Positions 1 through 11,900 of a DNA stretch of 64,000 bases are shown one piece after another. Position numbers and translations under genes: made by a program. The DNA comes from Tubiluchus corallicola (taxonomy: Eukaryota; Animalia; Priapulida): positions 106,422 through 170,421 of the forward strand of contig JAQGDQ010002376.1 of the NCBI GenBank assembly GCA_030141605.1. Direction: 5' to 3'. Each line of letters opens with the position of its first letter. Positions within the stretch are counted from its first letter, which is position 1. The notes below the pieces were generated by a model. It saw nothing but the letters and a program-made list of their open reading frames with translations. It was not told where the DNA came from and ran no database searches.

Positions 1-599
1 TCCCAGCACTAATTACTAGATTCAGTAATTTTAATGATTAAGTGCCTCCTAATGTATTGAAAAGGGTTGTATAATTAGTACACTGGTTTTACAAAAAGTA
101 GGTGAAGAACTAATTAAAGTACAAATTGCTAGCTTCCTGAAAATAAATTACATTACTTCATTACAACGAAATTTTAATAATAATTATTTTTCTGAACTAT
201 TATGCAGGCTGGAGTCTATGAAGTCTTGATAAGTTTTTGACCATTGGTGTGACTTATTTAATTTCTACTAACACCCGCTTTTTGAACTAATTCGAGCTCT
301 TTTAACTTGCAAAGATTTATTTTGCTTTTTTTTTTCAAATTTACTGACTTCACTCAACTTTTCCATCAGTTGTATGATGTAATATCTCATTTTGGTAATT
401 GTAAAGCATGTTATAAGCATTTACAATATTTATTTTATATTTCTGTTCCAGCAAGTACTTTATTTGTTTTACAGTTTAACAATGGTGTTTTGTTTACTAT
501 ATTGTTACAAAATTTTAGCTTTTAAAATGCACCTCTACCAACTAAAACCAACTGTAGTAAATGAAATAACATTTTATTCCTGTAAGCTACTTTTTACAG

Positions 600-2672
600 A
601 TACTATCAAGAATGAGAAGTACTATTATGCTACATTCCAGCTACTACGGGAAATGTCGGATGATGAGCGTGCTCGGTTATCCAGTAAATTTCCTAATTTA
701 CGCGTCTCAGAAGAGTCAGGTACCAATCAGTAACATATTATAATCATTATCACCGCAATTTCCACAAGGCATTTGTAAGAAATTTGCCATAGATCCCTTC
801 ACATGACACACAGACATTGCCTGTTTGGCAGTTTCTGAAAATAGCTTCACATTTTTTACAATTACATCTTACAGTCTACCAGTGCTACTAATAGAAAAAG
901 TAGTCAAGAAAGTATACATTGTTTTTTTTCTTAATCTAGTGTTTCATTTATGTTTTGAACTACATCATATTCATTCCTCGTCAGAAATGGTACTGACAAA
1001 CCACTGACAAAGCAGTGTCTAGTTTTTTTGCTGATTTACTGCTTTGTTCACCTGTCTTGAATGCAGATTTCTTTTTTTACAATTCTACCTGCCCGTGTTT
1101 ACAATAGATGTAATGGGCATAACATGCTGATGATATATTCTCTGCAATATAGAATAGATAATCTGGAATTTAGATCATTTCTATAAAAGAAACACATCCC
1201 ATTAATATTAACAGTAATATTTCATTCGTTGGCCCAATTTCAAATTGTGGTCAAATTTCACCCCATTCAGTAGTATTTGTATGTATAGTGTTGGTTGGAT
1301 GAGGGTTAACTGTTAGCTCTTTATGAAAAATTTATCATGTTTGTGTCACAACATCAAATAAATAATCACCTTTGATATTCGAATAATTTTAAACTTTGAC
1401 TTTTAATAACGGGAACTTCAGTAACAAACCTAACCTGCTGTGAGTCAAATTACAAATCAAATCTGAATTTTAACTTTGATTTAGTTAACTTTGATTTCCA
1501 TGTAATCTGTGAAACTATGGATTTTGTTATACACGTTAATTGCACGAAAAGCTGTGAAACTTTAATTACTGCTTCTATGTATAGAATATGGAGCTGTCAG
1601 AATGGAAATTCGAGATCCTTTTGATGAAGAGGTTCAATCACTGCACATGAATAAGATGCGGATCCTGGGGATTTCAACTGAACCGCTTATTGTTCTTGTA
1701 CAATCCTTCGTTCACACGGATTATGTTTACTATAGCAAAGCAAAGGTAGGAATTTGTACGTATGTACTATATGTACATGTAAAATGCACACAAGTATGGC
1801 AAGTTAGTAAAACTGATAAGTTATTCGAATCACAGAATTTTAAAAGCTGCTGCCAATTTAAAACTTTAGCTAATTATGTGTTTTAATATTTTCTGTGTGT
1901 GTACTTGTGACTTGACACAGTGATTTTTAAATATATGCCACGGTTTACAACTTTATACAGTAAACTACGAGTAACTTGAATTCTTGCGTATCTCAAACAG
2001 ATCTCATGGAACAGATTCTCTCTTTTGTTTTTCCCTTTAACAAAACATCATGTAACTCGAAAACAGTAACTCAATTTATCATGTAACTCGAACCAATTTC
2101 CCGGTACACTTCTTAGGATTTGATTGAAATTACCTTGCCTACCTTGAACAGGCTCCCAAATAAGAAGCCCTACATGAAAGCACCGCACCAGATTTTAACT
2201 GCTAGTTTCAGCAAAAATGCTAAGATTTTTTGTATTGCCTTAGCAGAACACTGCACACAACATGGCTTAACGAACATGATTTAATGTAAATCACAATGTT
2301 ATTGTTGCCAAATTTAACTAGCCATGCTACTCACACCAAAACAGAGGTCGACCAGTCATTTTATTTTTTTATTATTCTTAAAAATTATTGTTTGCAAACT
2401 ATGTGTTATAGCTTATCAGCTTTTGAACATAATTCAACCTGATTCATTTCTGTGTATCTGTCATATTAGGCTGTTCGTAATGTAATTATTCTGGTTTCAG
2501 TTATTTGGGTTAAAACCCTATGTACCTCAACATAATTTTTAATCAAATTAATTTTTACCAATTGTTCAGCTAATGAGCAGAGAACTCTTATGTTCTTTCT
2601 TTCTTTCAGGAATTATACATCTACAATTTGGAGTTGCCAATGAATACAGATTTCGTTGTACAATGGCTATGA
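600..2672 (+). CDS. 3' end (last 3 coding exons: 600-719, 1585-1745, 2610-2672) of a probable glycoside hydrolase family 31 alpha-glucosidase (lysosomal GAA / sucrase-isomaltase / maltase-glucoamylase-like)
   Basis: GT-AG junctions with matching phases (1, 0). Translation DTIKNEKYYYATFQL...EYGAVRMEIRDPF...YVYYSKAK|ELYIYNLELPMNTDFVVQWL* resembles the GH31 distal C-terminal domain (DDGESxDTxExxxY...F and terminal LxLxMxxxFxVxW). The catalytic domain lies upstream of the window, so the family call is inference. Confidence 0.55.
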
Positions 2673-3981
2673 TAGTTACCAAGTTTGTATTGCAATCTAA
2701 AATTAGCTGTGTCGTCCAAAGATTTTGAATACCATTGATATTATTTCAGCCAGCTAAATGCATAATTGAGTACATTTTAGAAGAATTTGTATAAAATTTT
2801 AATGAAGCCTTTGTTGAATGTATAGCAATTTCAGTAAAGCCAATGCAAATTTATCATCAAATAACTAACACGTGAAAATTTCAGATTTTGAAATCAAAGT
2901 TGACAATTACTTAAAGCTGTGCAAGGGTTCTTCAGAGTAACTCATAGTATAGCATTCAACTACAATAGGCCTTTAAAAGGACATGTATCTGTTGCTGTTT
3001 GCATTAGATATATTCATAAAGACACCAAAGACACTGAAGTTGCTTTAAAATTTTATCTTGAAACATGATCATTTTGAACTTGTTTTTTAGAAACTGATGT
3101 GATAGTTGAACTAGTTTTATTTTTTTAAGTGTAAGTAGTGTTTAATATTAATTGCTTATTAAGTATGGACAGCTGATTCAGGTGCTCAGTGCATTGTCTG
3201 TAAGGTGTCTGAAATTTGTCTTTTTAAATGGAAACTGCATTTTAAAGTAAGTTTCAAAATACTCTTACCATAAATGCACTCATACATCCGTATTTCATTT
3301 TTAATTGCTCATGTTTAATGCAAATGGTATTAAATGCTAACATAATGAGGTTTTAGTTCTGAAACAGAATACACACTGCACAAAAAATTCCATTTTGTAG
3401 TAACAAGATTGCATATAATCAGTAAGTCAGTTTTGAAAGCTTTCATTTTCATCATTAATGCATCAAATTTATCACCAATCAATCGTGTAAAAATATTATT
3501 TTAATGTTTGTTGTCTTCCTTGGCTAGTGAAAGTAAGCCATTCGCATTTTTTTTCACTGAGTTTATTGCATTAAATTTTTAGCCTGATTGTTATATATTG
3601 CTGTGTACCTGTTACGTAAAACATGATTGGGTATGTGTTTAATTGCAAATTTTGTTATTGCTGAATTTTAAAGCAAAATCTACAGTTGTTGTTTTTAGTG
3701 CTGAGAGGAAGATGCACGCACAGTAGGGGCCTACTAGTTCAATGTTAATTAACTGAAAAAATGAAACTTGTATATTGTTAGTTTGTTATACATCATTATA
3801 GAGAAATTTGATTTTAAATGATAGTAATTTGGAATAAATTCAGAAATATTAATCGCACTAGCTATTTGTATTCGTGTTTTATTTCAACTTGTGTGCTGTA
3901 CTTTAGTGATGTGGCAACTTATCACTAAAGTATGCATTATGACAACCCAATATCTGTGGAAGACAGAATGTTACGTGTCAA

Positions 3982-3991
3982 AATAAATAAA
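3982..3991 (+). terminator. candidate polyadenylation signal (AATAAA, doubled) of the GH31-like gene
   Basis: aataaataaa about 1.3 kb after the stop codon; the motif is common in AT-rich DNA. Confidence 0.25.
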
Positions 3992-4098
3992 AACTGTATG
4001 CAATTAAGACACAGTTTGCAGAGGGAAGGTATCACATGACTATCATTTTTTACTGCTTGCTTTAAGTAGTTATTGCATATCTCTAGTATTTAATGCTG

Positions 4099-4269
4099 AT
4101 CCAAAGGTGTATAAAAAATCTGCAATTTGTAATTCATATTTTGCACACCAAAAATCACTTTTCCACGAATGCATCTAGTAAGATTCATTTCTAAACATAC
4201 AGACACCGAGTTAAGTGAAGCAGCAAAGAGCTCTAAAATCTACAAAGACAAATGCCAATAGGAGGTGAA
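4099..4269 (+). repeat. diverged direct repeat, copy 1 (about 170 bp)
   Basis: Aligns with 5589-5759, sharing ctagtaagattcatttctaaacatacagaca and agagctctaaaatctac. Confidence 0.85.
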
Positions 4270-4802
4270 GCCCGAAGCAAAAATCGAAAAGGACATAAAG
4301 ACAAGGTTTAAAAAGTTATTAGTTTTTTTAACTTAAACATGTGATAATTAAGTTTATAATAAAGGCATAGGTAGCACAAAACATTAATTATAATATTCAA
4401 TTACGAGATTTTTTTATTGGCATTTCGTAGTGCCAGATTCCATATTCACAGTACATTTTCCATAAGATAACTGAACAACTACTTTGCATTCTATATACCT
4501 CCACCTTAAAGTGGAAGGACATAATAAATATTATTTTATTATTAAGTCATTTGGAATGTGAGAATGTTTTGAATAGGTTACTCCAAAATTTCCATAAATG
4601 CACTGATAAATTGTACACTACATTGTTAACTAAGCACAGTAAAATAACACTAATATTTATGTTTCAATGACTTTTTCAAAAAATGTGTGTGCGTGTGTGG
4701 GCATGCATGCATGTGTAGGTCAGCGCACATAATATTATAATATTAAGTAATTAATTTGCAGTGGCATGCTGTCCACACATGCTTCATACATACATACATA
4801 CA

Positions 4803-5585
4803 CTTTCATTCTTCCAATTTCAACTATTGTCCATTAGTTTCATATTTTTGCGGTACAACAAACACACACACATTTGAAAAATGACAAGAACGTGCCTTTG
4901 CATTTTGTCTTTAATGATTATGACACATTGTTGAAAAAAGTTAAAATGAAAAAAACCTTGTGGAAATAGGCAAAGATTAGTAGCAATAGAGGTATTTCAA
5001 ATTTTACATAAACTCTGTCCAGAAAGCTTATAAAACATGGTTAATCTGAGAAATTTTTTCTATCAAATGCAATATGATAGCATCTTAAATATTCCCAGGG
5101 TATGCACAAAATTATTATGGAAAAAAAGTTTTCGATATTCGGCTTCTAAAATCTGGAATGAATTGCTCAATCATTTACGCATAGTCACTAACTATAATGT
5201 TTTCTTGAGACAAATTAACAAATGGAGCGTGGACATTTGTAGATGCTCAGCTTGTGCTACCTAATTTGTGTCAATTATTTTCAAGTACTTTGTACCTTTA
5301 TTGTTTTAGTGAATCAGTTTTAGTGTTTTCTGATCATTTTATCTCCACAATTCTTTCCATGTGCTTAGAATTAAGTAATGTTCACCTTTTTAAAAATTTC
5401 TATTATTCATTTTTGTTACTTTCACATTTTGATTTTATTTCCAATTTGAATAAGATTTTTTTCTATTTTAGTAAAAATTTTAGCATTGCGTATTTTAGTC
5501 GATATAGCCTATTTGGCTAATGTTCTTCCGTTGTACACCCGACTTTAAATAAAGATTTAGTATGTATGCATGTATGTCTATATGC
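4803..5585 (+). mobile_element. 5'-truncated non-LTR retrotransposon (CR1/L2-group) 3' end, decayed
   Basis: Broken frames read SNFNYCPL, QERA, KKSFRYSASKIWNEL and CRCSAC*, followed by aataaa and a (gtat)n tail. Confidence 0.7.
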
Positions 5586-5588
5586 AAG

Positions 5589-5759
5589 ATCCAAGGTGTA
5601 TAAACAAATCTGTAATTCCTAATTAGCATTTTGCAGGCAAAGAAATCAGTGTTCCACGAATCCACCTAGTAAGATTCATTTCTAAACATACAGACATTTA
5701 GTTAAGAGAAGCAGCACAGAGCTCTAAAATCTACGCAGAAAATGCCCGAAGGAGGTGAC
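5589..5759 (+). repeat. diverged direct repeat, copy 2
   Basis: Aligns with 4099-4269. Confidence 0.85.
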
Positions 5760-5829
5760 GAAAGTTTTCTCTTGTGCAAATTTCTATGGTTGGACCTTCT
5801 TGCTCATCGTACACCTGATGTTGACGAAA

Positions 5830-5843
5830 ATCACCGTGGCAAC
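5830..5843 (+). promoter_or_regulatory. candidate RFX X-box in the putative dynein promoter
   Basis: ATCACCGTGGCAAC fits the RYYNYY-NN-RRNRAC pattern with a perfect GGCAAC half-site. It lies in a locally CpG-rich patch about 90 bp upstream of the putative ATG at 5932. Ciliary genes are known RFX targets. Confidence 0.45.
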
Positions 5844-5931
5844 GCAAACGTGACGAGCAGACTTCGTCAAAATTACGAGTTTTTTCAGAAACGCGCGATT
5901 ATACTTTCTGAAGCTTTTCTGTTTAGTAGCA

Positions 5932-5946
5932 ATGGATCCGAAAAAG
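5932..5946 (+). CDS. DNAH3: dynein exon 1 (putative start, MDPKK)
   Basis: gcaATGG Kozak context, AAG|GTTTCT donor, phase 0 fits exon 2, X-box-like motif upstream. Confidence 0.4.
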
Positions 5947-8900
5947 GTTTCTATTTCTATTTACTGCTTTAGTTTCTACTAGTCGTTATAATTCCTGTTT
6001 TTTTGTAAAATAAATTGGAAGTGATCAGGGTGTAATTTCATATACACGGTTTGATAAGTTTATAATAATCATTAGTTTTTACTACTGTTTTCGATGCATT
6101 TATTTTTTATGATAATGGTGCATGATAATTAATCTGGACACTCATTTATAGCATAAAAATAAATGCATGATATAGTTACAGTGACTATAGATATTTCACA
6201 AGTTTGGAAGTAGTTAATATAGATTATAGGGAATGCAGCAGTAAAAATTTTATTACTAAAATTCAAGATTGGATATTTTCCGACAGATTAAAAAGAATAA
6301 AACAAACGAAAAATTCTAAAACAATGCACACAATATATTAGGAATTCAGGTTTGAAGTAGACTGTATGCGGTGTGTGTATATTATGGGCACTGAATAGCA
6401 TACAGCCCAGTCTCGGATGTGCCTAGAGTTGAAAAAGCATTAAATAACTTGAATGGTAGTAAAGTTCATGATAATGTTTCTGCAATTAAAGCTGTTAAAG
6501 GAAATGTCTGTACAGCGGGTCGTGGAACAACGCATGCACCCAGCTAGGGGGTTTGGGGCCATTAACCACCAATGCATTTTCCCGTATTTAAGAATATTTT
6601 GGAGGCCTCAAATGAGATCTAAATTCTGGTACACAGAATGTCTCATACGTGAAAATGTACTTATAATAAGTCAAGTAGCTATTGGCTGATCAACTTTGTA
6701 GTTATTGATTGATTGTTGTTGAAATTTTGAAATACAATGTAATACAACCAAACTATAAGCTCTAAACTTGGAAAAAATTAGGAAAACCTTTATGGCTTTT
6801 TGTTCTACTGTGAAAAATAAGTTAGCAAAGAAGGAAGACTGCTGTAAACCTTTCAGTCAAAATTTTACTTATGATTCATAACATATTTAAGACTGATTGG
6901 ATATAAATGTATTAAAACTCAATTGTCGTTTGTCAAATTGCCAGGGGCTTGCCACATTGCTAATTAACTTGGAGTCATATCCTGGGTGAAATTTCCTAAA
7001 TTTAGCGGCTTCATAAGTCAAAACCCTTGTGTGAATCACAAAATATTGTCTCTAATCTGTGATGTTTCATTAGAGCAGCTAAGTTCAGTGGTGCACCACA
7101 CGTTCCAGAGTGCTACCTGCTGTATTCCCAGACAATTTTTTGCATTGTCTAGCAGTTCTATTTCATTGTGATCACATTTTACGCTATGTTTACACTGAAG
7201 CAGCAATTCTTGGCAAATCAGGAGAAAGATTATCACTAAAATCTCGATTAAAATTCCAAATTGGGAGAGTTGTAATGTCTGGCAATTATTGTAACTAATG
7301 CGGCTCTACGCTATAGTTAGGTAGTGTTGTAACGTCTTGGCAACATTTGTAACTTTGTTAGAAACTTTATAGAACATTTAACATAAGTGTTTCTTGCTTA
7401 TTAATCTGTTTATTCACAAAGACTGCTGCCATGATAAGTCTAGAGAATGTAACGGTTCGTGGCTTGCCCGCTGAAAACAGTGAGGGGAAACCTTAGTGAG
7501 CACAAACATAAAAAAACCATAGATAAGAACATGTCACATCCTCTTCCTTTTAAAAGTAAGTAACATAGACCAACTAAACTGAAAAACATCAATCTAAGCA
7601 GATATCAAGGTCACAAAATTAAAGGTCAACATCAAGGTTATCAATACTCAAACTAGGTAACATAATCATTAAGAAACTTAGGTCTCTGAATGCGCCTACC
7701 AGAACGTGTTCTAATCTCGTTATCATTCCTCTGTCTGTTATCATTAAGTGTGTCTGGTATCACGTCTTGTTTCTGTCTCATGTTGTCGTATGGGCAGTAT
7801 ACAGATTCATTTATATAAGTCTCAGACGTCTTGCACAGATGAACTCTGTTTCTTCTGTACACCAACATTAAGGTTACAAGGTAAGACCTTTCACCAATCT
7901 TCCGTATCACTATAGCTTTCTCCCACATCTTCCCTTTTTGTAGAGGGTCCATACGTACAACATCCCCAACCATTAATTGAATCAAAGGTTTCGCCTATTG
8001 GTTGTAATATGTAGCTTGGCGATCCTTCTGAGCAATGATTTTCTCTCTAGTATTTGGCACAAATTTCGGCTCTAGCAAGGAAGATGGCATTGGTAGTGTA
8101 GTCCGTGTCCGTCTTCCAAACAATCGTTGAGCTGGTGATGCATTAAGAACTTCCGCTGGTGTATTTCTATAAGCCAATAGAGACAAGTATGGGTCTTCTT
8201 TTGCAACTAGCGCTTTCTTCATCAAACGCTTAGCAGTGTTGACAGCATTCTCAACTTTGCCATTCGATTTTGGATACCTCGGTGAAGAACTTTCATGCTG
8301 GAAGCCATAAATTTTAGCAAAAGTTTTAAACTCTTGAGAATCAAATGGCACATTATCAGAACGGAGCATTTCTGGTATTCCATGCCGAGAAAAATGTGCT
8401 TTCAACTTTGTTATGACTGTTCTAGGTTCTTTTGATTCAAGCTTGTCTATTTCAAAGAAGTTGGAATAATAGTCAGCAGTTATGAGATAATCAGTATTAT
8501 TTACCTCACACAGATCACTTCCTACAATCTGCCATGGTCGAGTTGCAATTTGTGGAATCAATTCCTCCTTTTGCTGTGACCGTGGATATGCATTACAGAT
8601 TTCACACTTTTGAATGTAAGATTCAAAATCAGCGTTCATCCGGGGCCAGAATACAACTTCACCTGCTCTTCGCAAGCAGCCTTGTATTCCCATGTGGCAA
8701 GCATGAACCAGTCTAATGAAAGACAGCCTTTCGCTCGATGGGTATACAATTCTCTCACCTTTAAATATCAAACCTTCGTTTATTGCCAGTTCGTCTCTAT
8801 TATTAAAGTATTGCCGTAGATCCGGTTGCACCTCAGACACTTTGCAAGGCCAGCCAGACCTAATCATAGATTGCAAAGCTTTCACTGTAGCCACTTTGAG

Positions 8901-11900
8901 CAATTCAAGTTTCTCATCTTTAAAAGTAGCAGGTACGTATTCCAAAGCACGTACAGTTTCAAATTCTAAAGCAATGTCATCAGTCTCGGGGAGAGAAGCA
9001 CGAGACAAGGTGTCAGCCATCAGCATGGTTGCTCCTTTCCTATATACTACTTCAACATCATAGTTTTGCAGCACCAACATCATGCACTGTATTCTCTTAG
9101 GAGCACTAAGTATGCTCTTCTTGAGTATGGATTCTAGAGGCTTGTGATCAGTTTCCAGTTTTACTTTACGAGCGTAGCAGCAGTGGTCAAACTTTTGAAT
9201 ACCAAAAATTAGACTCAGCATTTCCTTTTCAAGTTGCGCATAGTTCTGTTCGGTTGCAGTCAAAGTTCGAGAGGCGAATGCAATTGGTTGACCATTCTGC
9301 ATTAGACATGCACCTAAGCCTGACTGACTGCTGTCACATTGCAGAGTAAGTTTTTCATCTGGGTTGTAATATCTGAGCACGGGAGACGTAGTTATGAGCT
9401 TTTTAACCTGTGCAAATACCTCTTGTTGTTCAAAGTTCCATCTGAATTCTGTTTTGTCAGACATTACGTTACTAATAGGTTTAAAGACTTCAGAAAGCAT
9501 AGGCAAAAACTTTGCCAAGTAATTGACAAAACCACACAGTCTTCTTACTCCCGTCTTATCGATTGGAGCCGGCATATTTTGCACCGCTGCGACCTTGTCG
9601 GGGTCAGCTTTAATACCATTAGCACTCAGAATATGCCCGTGGTATCGCACTTCACTACGTTGAATCTGACTTTTATCTGGATTCAGTTTTATATTTCTTT
9701 CACGACATCGTTCAAAGAATGCTCTCAGTTTGTTGTTATGGTCAACACCGGCTTCTGTAATGGTAGCACCACAACCATAAATTAGTACGTCATCATGGAA
9801 GTCTTCTTTTCCTTTTAAGCCTTGTATTTGCTCATCCATTTTCTTCTGAAAAATCTCAGGCCAAGCTGAAATCCCAAACGGAGCTCTAGTATAACGATAT
9901 CTACCGAACGGAGTATCAAATGTTGTTAGATCTTTGGTCTTTTCTTCTAGCTTCATGTGATGAAACCCACTTGTCACTTTGAAAGTAGAAAAGAGCTTCG
10001 CATTGCACAGTCTAGGAGTAAGCTCCTCCATTGTAGGAATATGGTAGATTTCTCGTCTGATAGCATTATTCAGTGGTTTAGGATCCAAGCAGATTCTGAT
10101 ACTCCCCGAACGTTTAGTAGCAGTTGTGTAAGCGTTAACCCAGTCAGTAGGGTGGTCTGCACGTTCAGTGATGTTGTTTTGTTCGAGTCTGTCAAGTTCA
10201 GCTTTAAATTTATCTCGCATGTTATAAGGAAATCGCCTACATGGTTGTACAACTGGCGGTACAGTAGGATCAATTTTCAAACTTACACATCCAGGGAATT
10301 CTCCTGGTACCTCACTGAAAATATCAGAAAATTCAGTTAGTAAAGCATTACAATCAGCAACACTACAAACATCTGAAACATGTGCTGTAGGCCTAGTACT
10401 GCTATCACTACACAACATATTAGCAACATTGGCTGATTCAACCCTTTTGAAGTTATTTTCATTTACAGTAATAAGCTTCATTTGTTGTGAAGCACGAGAA
10501 CCTAACAATGGTACATAATTTTCGTTTACGACCAAAAAGTTCACAGAGTAACTTTTCTTATTCACTGGATTTACAATTGGCAATCTGACTTGCCCAATGG
10601 GACTTATTTTAGTTATGTTCCACATTTCTAACACAGTCTTTACAGTAGAAGTTTATCACACAAGTGATGCGGCACAAGTCTTTCAGGTATAATGTTTATA
10701 CTGGCCCCACAATCGATCTGAAAAATCGTAGGTGTACCCGCCATAAGCCATTCACTGTAAATCTGAGGCTGTTGCGTGGTACACTGTTCAGCATCATGAA
10801 CAGTATGAGTTACAGTTCCAATCGCATGCTCATTCGACTGTTCCTCACAGTTTGCCATGTCAAAGACAATTTGGCTTCTTCTCGACGGAAATGATTTTGC
10901 ACGAGTGTCAGTTCTACCTCTAGATTTGCACATAGACTGAAAATGATTTTTTCCATGGCAAATGTTACATGTTTTGCCATAAGCAGGACATTTATTTTTG
11001 TCCCATTCATGCTTACGCCCACAGAAGTGACAGTCAATCACCTTTTTCTTAGTACCCGTGGCTTTACTAGCACTACCTTTATTAGTTTTGGGTTTGACAG
11101 CTTGCACTTGTTCAGAGTAGGAAGCTTGTTCAGCCTTTATATTTTTAAGTTGACTTGCAGACTCAGCAAACGAGCGACAAATAGTTATGCAGCTACTCAA
11201 TGTTAGTTTTGACTCTTGCAGTAGTCGCTTACGAGTAATATTGTCAGTTATGCCTAGAACTATCCGATCCCGTATCAGACTATCAGTTAGATTGCCGTAA
11301 TTACACCTTTTGGCTAGTGTGCGCAAAGATGAGACATAGGCGTCGATTGTTTCACGAGGATTTTGATCGCGTTTATTAAAACAATATCTTTTGTAAGTTT
11401 CATTAGTTTCTCCAACACAAAATGCTTCAAATTTTTGTAGAACCATTGCAACATTTGTTTTATCTGCCTCATTTTCAAATTCTAGTCCATCAAAAATTTC
11501 CACACACTCAGGACCCAAAACGGTCAATAATGTGGCTGTTCTAACAGCATAATTTGCTTCATTGAGCTTCAAAGCCACCTCATAATTGTCCCACATGCGA
11601 CGAAATTTTCGCCATTTCACAGCTAAATTTCCATGCAGGTCTAGTCTAGGTGGTGCAGGTAGAACACTATACGGGGAAGTAACTTGAATATGACCTTCGC
11701 CATCAGCCATTTTATCCTACCACAGTCTTCCCGAGAGAAATTTTGGCGTTACTCAAAGAAGTGATGTTATCAGCGTATCCGTAGTTAAGCACTCGCTGAT
11801 AACTTCCATCCGTACTACCATGTAACGTCTTGGCAACATTTGTAACTTTGTTAGAAACTTTATAGAACATTTAACATAAATGTTTCTTGCTTATTAATCT

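Noticed and set aside
7986-8000. Stop-codon readthrough at the in-frame TAG in pol
   Set aside because: The context CAA TAG GCG lacks a known readthrough signal and the element has other lesions.
10630-10660. Programmed -1 frameshift between Gypsy gag and pol
   Set aside because: The break falls inside the protease and there is no X XXY YYZ slippery heptamer; a decay indel is more likely.
8534-11206. Several + strand ORFs of 60-148 aa over the Gypsy
   Set aside because: They are antisense shadows of gag-pol with no recognisable motifs.
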